Assembly (NCBI GenBank): GCA_963662465.1
Contig: OY759599.1
Span: 3,552,001-3,616,000, forward strand
Source of the DNA: Desulfatiglandales bacterium
GTDB lineage: Bacteria > Desulfobacterota > DSM-4660 > Desulfatiglandales > Desulfatiglandaceae
Length of the DNA stretch: 64,000 nt
Reading direction: 5' to 3'
Shown: positions 59,260-64,000 of the stretch, piece by piece
Position numbering within the stretch: the stretch's first letter is position 1
Layout of the letters: each line of letters opens with the position of its first letter
Made by a program: the position numbers and the translations under genes
The notes under the pieces: generated by a model
Seen by the model: only the letters and a program-made list of their open reading frames with translations
Database searches by the model: none
What the model was told of the DNA's origin: nothing

Positions 59260-59997
59260 ATGTTTACCAAAATAAAACAGAATCGAATGTCGGAAGATAT
59301 TGTAAACCAGGTGCTGGAAGCGATCTCCCGGGGGGATCTGGCCCCCGACGATAAGCTTCCCTCCGAAAAAGAACTGGGAGATATCTTCGGGGTAAGCCGC
59401 GTTACCATCCGGGAAGCCATCCGATCACTGGAACAGTTCGGCGTCATCGTGGTCCGACAGGGGAGCCGCGGGGGCGCCTACGTCAAAAAGATGGATCAGG
59501 AGGCTGTGGTCAATCAGATCGGCAATGTCTTGAAGATGGCCAACGTAACCTTTCCCCATCTGGCCATGGCCAGGGCCTCCATCGAAAGGGAAATACTCGT
59601 TGAACTGATTCCATCAAAAATAACGCCCGCGGACTGCGACAGACTCACCCAAAACATCGATCTGGCCGAGGCCCATTATCGAGACAGGGAAAGTACGGAA
59701 AGGCTTCACACCAACTTCGGCTTTCACACCACCCTGGCCCGGATTACGGAAAACCCGGTGATTATTCTCATGCACAAGGTCATCGTGGATCTCTCCAGCC
59801 ATTTTTTTGAAAATGTGGAGGCTACCACCCCCATGGTGGAAAAGACCTTTGCCCAGCACCGGGAGATTGTGGAATTGTTAAGAAAGGGGCAATTCCAGGA
59901 AGCGGGAGAGGTCTGTTTTCACCATATCGCGGACGTTAGCAAAACCATCGTGGACAAATCCAAGCAACAATCACTACTGGTCTCAAGGAGAATTTGA
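59260..59997 (+). CDS. FadR/GntR-family transcriptional regulator
   Basis: KLPSEKELGDIFGVSRVTIREAIRSL, FCD domain. Confidence 0.92.
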   Translation: MFTKIKQNRMSEDIVNQVLEAISRGDLAPDDKLPSEKELGDIFGVSRVTIREAIRSLEQFGVIVVRQGSRGGAYVKKMDQEAVVNQIGNVLKMANVTFPHLAMARASIEREILVELIPSKITPADCDRLTQNIDLAEAHYRDRESTERLHTNFGFHTTLARITENPVIILMHKVIVDLSSHFFENVEATTPMVEKTFAQHREIVELLRKGQFQEAGEVCFHHIADVSKTIVDKSKQQSLLVSRRI

Positions 59998-59998
59998 T

Positions 59999-61372
59999 TT
60001 GGAAAAAAATTTTTATCTGGTTCCTGAATTGAACCGGATGTCCCAGGAAGAAATCCGTCGATATCAGGAGAAAAAACTCACCCGCCAACTGGCATACTGC
60101 TATAAGGCCTCGGAATTCTACCGGCGGAAGTTCGACGACATCGGCGCAAAGCCCGAAGACATTAAAACCATTGAAGATTTGCGCAAACTGCCCATTTTCA
60201 TGCTCAAGGACGATGAAAGAAAAAGCGCCGAGGATTCCCTGAAACAACAGGGGCACCCCTTCGGTCTTCATCTTTGCGCGCCGGTGGAGGATCTCTACCT
60301 CACCGGCACCACCTCCGGCACCACGGGAACTCCCACCTTCAGCTACACCTTTACGGAAAAGGACATCAATTTCGTGGGGCGTCATCTGGGCCACAGGCTG
60401 TCGCTTGCGGGCATCGGCAAGGGAGACCGGGTGGTCTTCTTTTTTGCCCTGGGCATTTACGCCACTACCATGACCCTTTGGGGACTCAGGCATCTGGGGG
60501 CACTTCCCATTGATATCGACGCCAGGGCCGGGACCGATTTACTGCTCCAATTCATTGAACTGACCCGTCCCACCTATTTGGCCTGCACCCCGTCCCTGGC
60601 GGAGTTTCTGGTTTACAAATCGCCCAAAGTCTTAAACAAGTCGGTGGGTGAATTCGGTCTCAAGGGACTGCTGACGACGGGAGAAGTGGGCATTGCCTTA
60701 CCTGAAATCAAAAACCGCCTTGAAACCGCCTATGGGTGCCGGGCCTGGGACTATTGGGCGCCCTGCGGCAACTGCATGGGCATTTCCTGCGACTCGGATG
60801 AATATTACGGCCTTCATGGGGTATCCCCCGATGTCTGCACCAGTTATGACGATCTGGTGGATCCCATTACCAAGGAACCGGTGGATTCCGATGTGGACGG
60901 GGCCGTGGGAGAAATGGTCATCACGAGCCTGGAACGGGAAGCCGCTCCAGCCATCAAATATGCCTACGGCGACGTGGTGGAGATTTCCACCAAAGAATGC
61001 CCGGCCTGCGGGTTCAAAGGGAAACGAGCCCGGCTCATTGGCCGGGCCGACGACATGCTGATTGTCAAGGGGGTCAATGTCTATCCCGTGGCGGTCAAGG
61101 ACATTATCTGCGGCTTTGCGCCGGCGGTCACGGGAGAGATGCGGGTGGTATTAACGGAAAAACCCCCTCGGGTAACACCGCCCCTGCACCTGAAAATTGA
61201 ACACGGCAACCATATCGGCCAATCCGACCTGCCGGATCTCGAAAAAAGAATCATCAACGCCCTTCATGATAAAATAAAGATCAGACCTCAAATTCAATTT
61301 GTGGCACCCGGGGAACTCCCCAGAGAAACGCGCAAAACACCCATCTTTGAAAAGCAATACGAGCATCGGTAA
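59999..61372 (+). CDS. Phenylacetate-CoA ligase family protein
   Basis: TSGTTGTP, CTPS, GRADDMLIVKGVNVYP. Confidence 0.88.
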   Translation: MEKNFYLVPELNRMSQEEIRRYQEKKLTRQLAYCYKASEFYRRKFDDIGAKPEDIKTIEDLRKLPIFMLKDDERKSAEDSLKQQGHPFGLHLCAPVEDLYLTGTTSGTTGTPTFSYTFTEKDINFVGRHLGHRLSLAGIGKGDRVVFFFALGIYATTMTLWGLRHLGALPIDIDARAGTDLLLQFIELTRPTYLACTPSLAEFLVYKSPKVLNKSVGEFGLKGLLTTGEVGIALPEIKNRLETAYGCRAWDYWAPCGNCMGISCDSDEYYGLHGVSPDVCTSYDDLVDPITKEPVDSDVDGAVGEMVITSLEREAAPAIKYAYGDVVEISTKECPACGFKGKRARLIGRADDMLIVKGVNVYPVAVKDIICGFAPAVTGEMRVVLTEKPPRVTPPLHLKIEHGNHIGQSDLPDLEKRIINALHDKIKIRPQIQFVAPGELPRETRKTPIFEKQYEHR

Positions 61373-61509
61373 TAGGTAACGGCTCTTTTTATATGGCGAT
61401 TTTCATGGTCTCAAAGTGTTTACCCCAATCCGGAAAGGAGGTGAAAGTTCAAACAGCGACCGATTCAGAAACGATTTGAAACATCACCCGAAAACAAAGG
61501 AGAAACCGC

Positions 61510-62577
61510 ATGAAAACCAGATCCTTATTCTTCAAAATGATCCTGCCAATGGCTTGTTTGGGGCTGGCTTTTTTACTGCCCGGCGCGGCAGCGGCCAAGA
61601 AGGCCCCGAAACTGTTGAGCTGCACCACCTATTCAGTGGGCTCAACGGGCTATGCCACATCCATGGGGCTCATGGAAGCCATCAAGAAAAACGAGGGCAT
61701 CAAAGTCAAGGTGGTGCCCGCGGGAACCGACAAAAGCAAGATCATGCCCCTTAAAAACGGAATGATGCAATTGAGCCTGTTCACCGGCGCCGGTCAATAC
61801 TATGCCCTCATGGGCCTGGGCGACTTTGCCGCCAAGGACTGGGGCCCCCAGCCCCTGCGTCTGGTGTATGGTTGCCCCGAAGGATCCATCGCGGGCATGA
61901 TGGTTCGGGAAGATTCCGGCATCAAGACTTTGTCCGACCTCAAGGGAAAGAAAGTCGCCATGATCCCGGCAAGCCCCGCCTGCAAGGCCCTGCATGAAGG
62001 GTATCTAGCCTTTGGGGGACTGGGCCCGGACGATGTAACGGTGGTTCCCGTTTCCAGTTGGGGGGCGGCATGGAAAGCGGTGATCGATGGTTCGGCGGAC
62101 ACGGCCCATTGCCTGGTGGCATCGAGCAAGGCCGTTGAACTGGCCGCATCTCCCCATGGCATCCACTGGCTCCCGGCGCCTCCCGAAGACAAGGAAGGCT
62201 GGGCCAAACTGAATTCATTCTGTCCCTACCTGCGTCCATACAATGCCGTCAAAGGGGCCGGCGTATCACCTGAAAAACCCGCTCAAGTGGCGTCCTATTA
62301 CTATGGGCTCGTCGCCTACCCGGACCTGGACGAAGAAGTGGTTTACAAACTGACCAAGGGCATATGGAACGGCTATGATATTTACAGCCCCATGCACCCA
62401 TCCCTCAAACTATGGACCCGGAAAGGCGCCCTCGAAACAGACCGTTTTCTGAGCCCCTATCATCCCGGCGCCGTGAAGTTTTTCAAGGAAGTGGGCGTAT
62501 GGACCCCGGCCCATGAAAAACGACAAGCCGAACTGCTGGCCGGGGAGCAGGAAAGAATCAAGAAGTTCAATAAATGA
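61510..62577 (+). CDS. TAXI-family TRAP transporter substrate-binding protein
   Basis: Signal peptide, SGIKTLSDLKGKKV, PYHPGAVKFFKEVG. Confidence 0.88.
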   Translation: MKTRSLFFKMILPMACLGLAFLLPGAAAAKKAPKLLSCTTYSVGSTGYATSMGLMEAIKKNEGIKVKVVPAGTDKSKIMPLKNGMMQLSLFTGAGQYYALMGLGDFAAKDWGPQPLRLVYGCPEGSIAGMMVREDSGIKTLSDLKGKKVAMIPASPACKALHEGYLAFGGLGPDDVTVVPVSSWGAAWKAVIDGSADTAHCLVASSKAVELAASPHGIHWLPAPPEDKEGWAKLNSFCPYLRPYNAVKGAGVSPEKPAQVASYYYGLVAYPDLDEEVVYKLTKGIWNGYDIYSPMHPSLKLWTRKGALETDRFLSPYHPGAVKFFKEVGVWTPAHEKRQAELLAGEQERIKKFNK

Positions 62578-62608
62578 CGGCATCGGTTCAGGGAGGGGAA
62601 AAATAAAC

Positions 62609-64000
62609 ATGGCCAAAACGGATAATCTCAAACCATCCTCCGATAGATATCGGACGCTTACAGGGCCCCTGCGATGGATCTTCATCCTGTTTTCACTTGC
62701 GGGGATTCTTGTGGCGATCTACCAGTTGTTTCATTTCAGTTTTCTGGGCGTCATGGTGGGGGATGCATATTATTACCTTTTGATCACCCTGTTTCTTCCC
62801 CTCCTTTTTCTCATTTCACCCATAAAGAAAAGCCTGAACCGTCAAAAGGTGCCCTGGTACGACCTTTTGTTTGCTCTGTTGAGCTTCATGGGTCCTCTGT
62901 ATCTTTTTCTACATTCATACCAAATCATCCAGAACGGCTGGGAGATCGTTCCGCCCATTGAGGCCTATGTCCTGGGCGTCCTCCTCATGATGATGGTCCT
63001 GGAGGGGGCCCGCCGGGCCGGGGGCTCAGGCTTTGCGCTCATCTGCCTCTTTTTTGTGACCTACGCCCTCTATGCCGAACATATGCCGGGGCTCCTTGAG
63101 GGGTACGGATGCGACCTCAGGCGACTGGTAGGCTTTTTCACCATGGGCACGGAAGGGGTCACCGGACTCCCCATGAAAGTGGTGGGGAATATCCTCATCG
63201 GATACATGGTCTTTGCCGTGGCGCTTCAAGCCACGGGAGGCGGCAAATTTTTCATGGATCTGGCAACCTCCCTTCTGGGAACCTACCGGGGCGGACCCGC
63301 AAAGATGTCCATCGTGGCCAGCGCATTCTTCGGAAGCATCAGCGGCAGCTCCATCTCCAATGTGCTGACCACGGGGGCGCTGACCATCCCCACCATGAAG
63401 CGCACGGGCTATCCGCCCCACTACGCCGGCGCCATTGAAGCGGCCGCCTCCACCGGCGGCGTTCTCATGCCCCCCATCATGGGGGTCACGGCCTTTGTCA
63501 TGGCGGAATTTCTGGCCGTCCCCTATTCCACCATCTGCATTGCGGCCGTCGTTCCATCGTTTCTCTATTTTAGCGGGCTGTTTCTACAGATCGACGCCTA
63601 TGCCGCCAAGGCGGGTTTGAAGGGGCTCCCCAAATCGGAACTGCCATCCGCTAAGAAGACCCTGGCGGCGGGCTGGTTCTATATCGTGGGCATGGCCTTT
63701 CTGGTCTATGCATTATTGTACCTGCACTGGGAAACCCTGGCGCCCTTCTGGGCCAGTCTCCTCTTGCTCGTGACCTGCAACATTCGAAAGGAAACTCGGC
63801 TCAACTGGGCTAAATTCGTCAATTTTATTGAATCCACGGGAAAAGTATTGACCGAACTGGTGACGCTGCTCTGCGCCATCGGCAGCATTATCGGCGCCCT
63901 GTCCCTCACGGGCGTTGCCCATTCCTTTTCCAGCGACATCATCGCCCTGGCCGGCGGGAATATCGCACTCTTGTTGATTCTAGGGGCCTTTACCAGTTTT
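62609..64000 (+). CDS. TRAP transporter fused 4TM/12TM permease (runs off the window; absent from the ORF track)
   Basis: ATG at 62609 after GGAGG; GGPAKMSIVAS..FGSISGS, TIPTMKRTGY, IEAAASTGGVLMPPIMG. Confidence 0.9.
   Translation, partial: MAKTDNLKPSSDRYRTLTGPLRWIFILFSLAGILVAIYQLFHFSFLGVMVGDAYYYLLITLFLPLLFLISPIKKSLNRQKVPWYDLLFALLSFMGPLYLFLHSYQIIQNGWEIVPPIEAYVLGVLLMMMVLEGARRAGGSGFALICLFFVTYALYAEHMPGLLEGYGCDLRRLVGFFTMGTEGVTGLPMKVVGNILIGYMVFAVALQATGGGKFFMDLATSLLGTYRGGPAKMSIVASAFFGSISGSSISNVLTTGALTIPTMKRTGYPPHYAGAIEAAASTGGVLMPPIMGVTAFVMAEFLAVPYSTICIAAVVPSFLYFSGLFLQIDAYAAKAGLKGLPKSELPSAKKTLAAGWFYIVGMAFLVYALLYLHWETLAPFWASLLLLVTCNIRKETRLNWAKFVNFIESTGKVLTELVTLLCAIGSIIGALSLTGVAHSFSSDIIALAGGNIALLLILGAFTSF

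Noticed and set aside
1..64000. CRISPR array, rRNA, tRNA or prophage
   Set aside because: I found no regularly spaced repeat-spacer units, cas genes, recognisable structural RNA genes or phage structural genes by eye.

Overview
This 64-kb window looks like chromosomal DNA from an anaerobic deltaproteobacterium, probably Desulfobacterota. That assignment is inferred from gene content: feoAB, greA, rubredoxin, rubrerythrin, desulfoferrodoxin, hcp, acyl-CoA enzymes and a TRAP/TAXI transporter. The main find is a multi-target diversity-generating retroelement (DGR) on the minus strand at about 43.5-54.2 kb. In transcription order it contains a DUF1566 (C-type-lectin-fold) target 1 with a C-terminal variable repeat (VR1), avd, a structured leader, an AAC-rich template repeat (TR), and a DGR reverse transcriptase with a C-terminal MutS-domain-I-like extension. 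Next comes a 1504-aa secreted multidomain target 2 whose VR lies near the N-terminus. A third, decayed target (VR3) lies further downstream. Every TR/VR1 difference (21 or more) and TR/VR2 difference (14 or more) falls at a TR adenine. The element now looks inactive: an IS with a 9-bp target-site duplication (TSD) sits in the TR, the TR 3' end and RT N-terminus are missing, and the RT has a 1-nt frameshift. Three Rpn-like PD-(D/E)XK genes with putative internal starts and variable tails flank the DGR, along with GTAG-type REP hairpins and a RAYT remnant. Elsewhere there is a nested IS stack at 28.6-37.7 kb: an unclassified two-ORF element with a likely A9 frameshift, carrying an IS4-type element and a ParB-containing IS21-type element. 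A 755-aa-transposase IS splits a serine hydrolase gene. Protein family names come from motif recognition by eye; no database searches were run.
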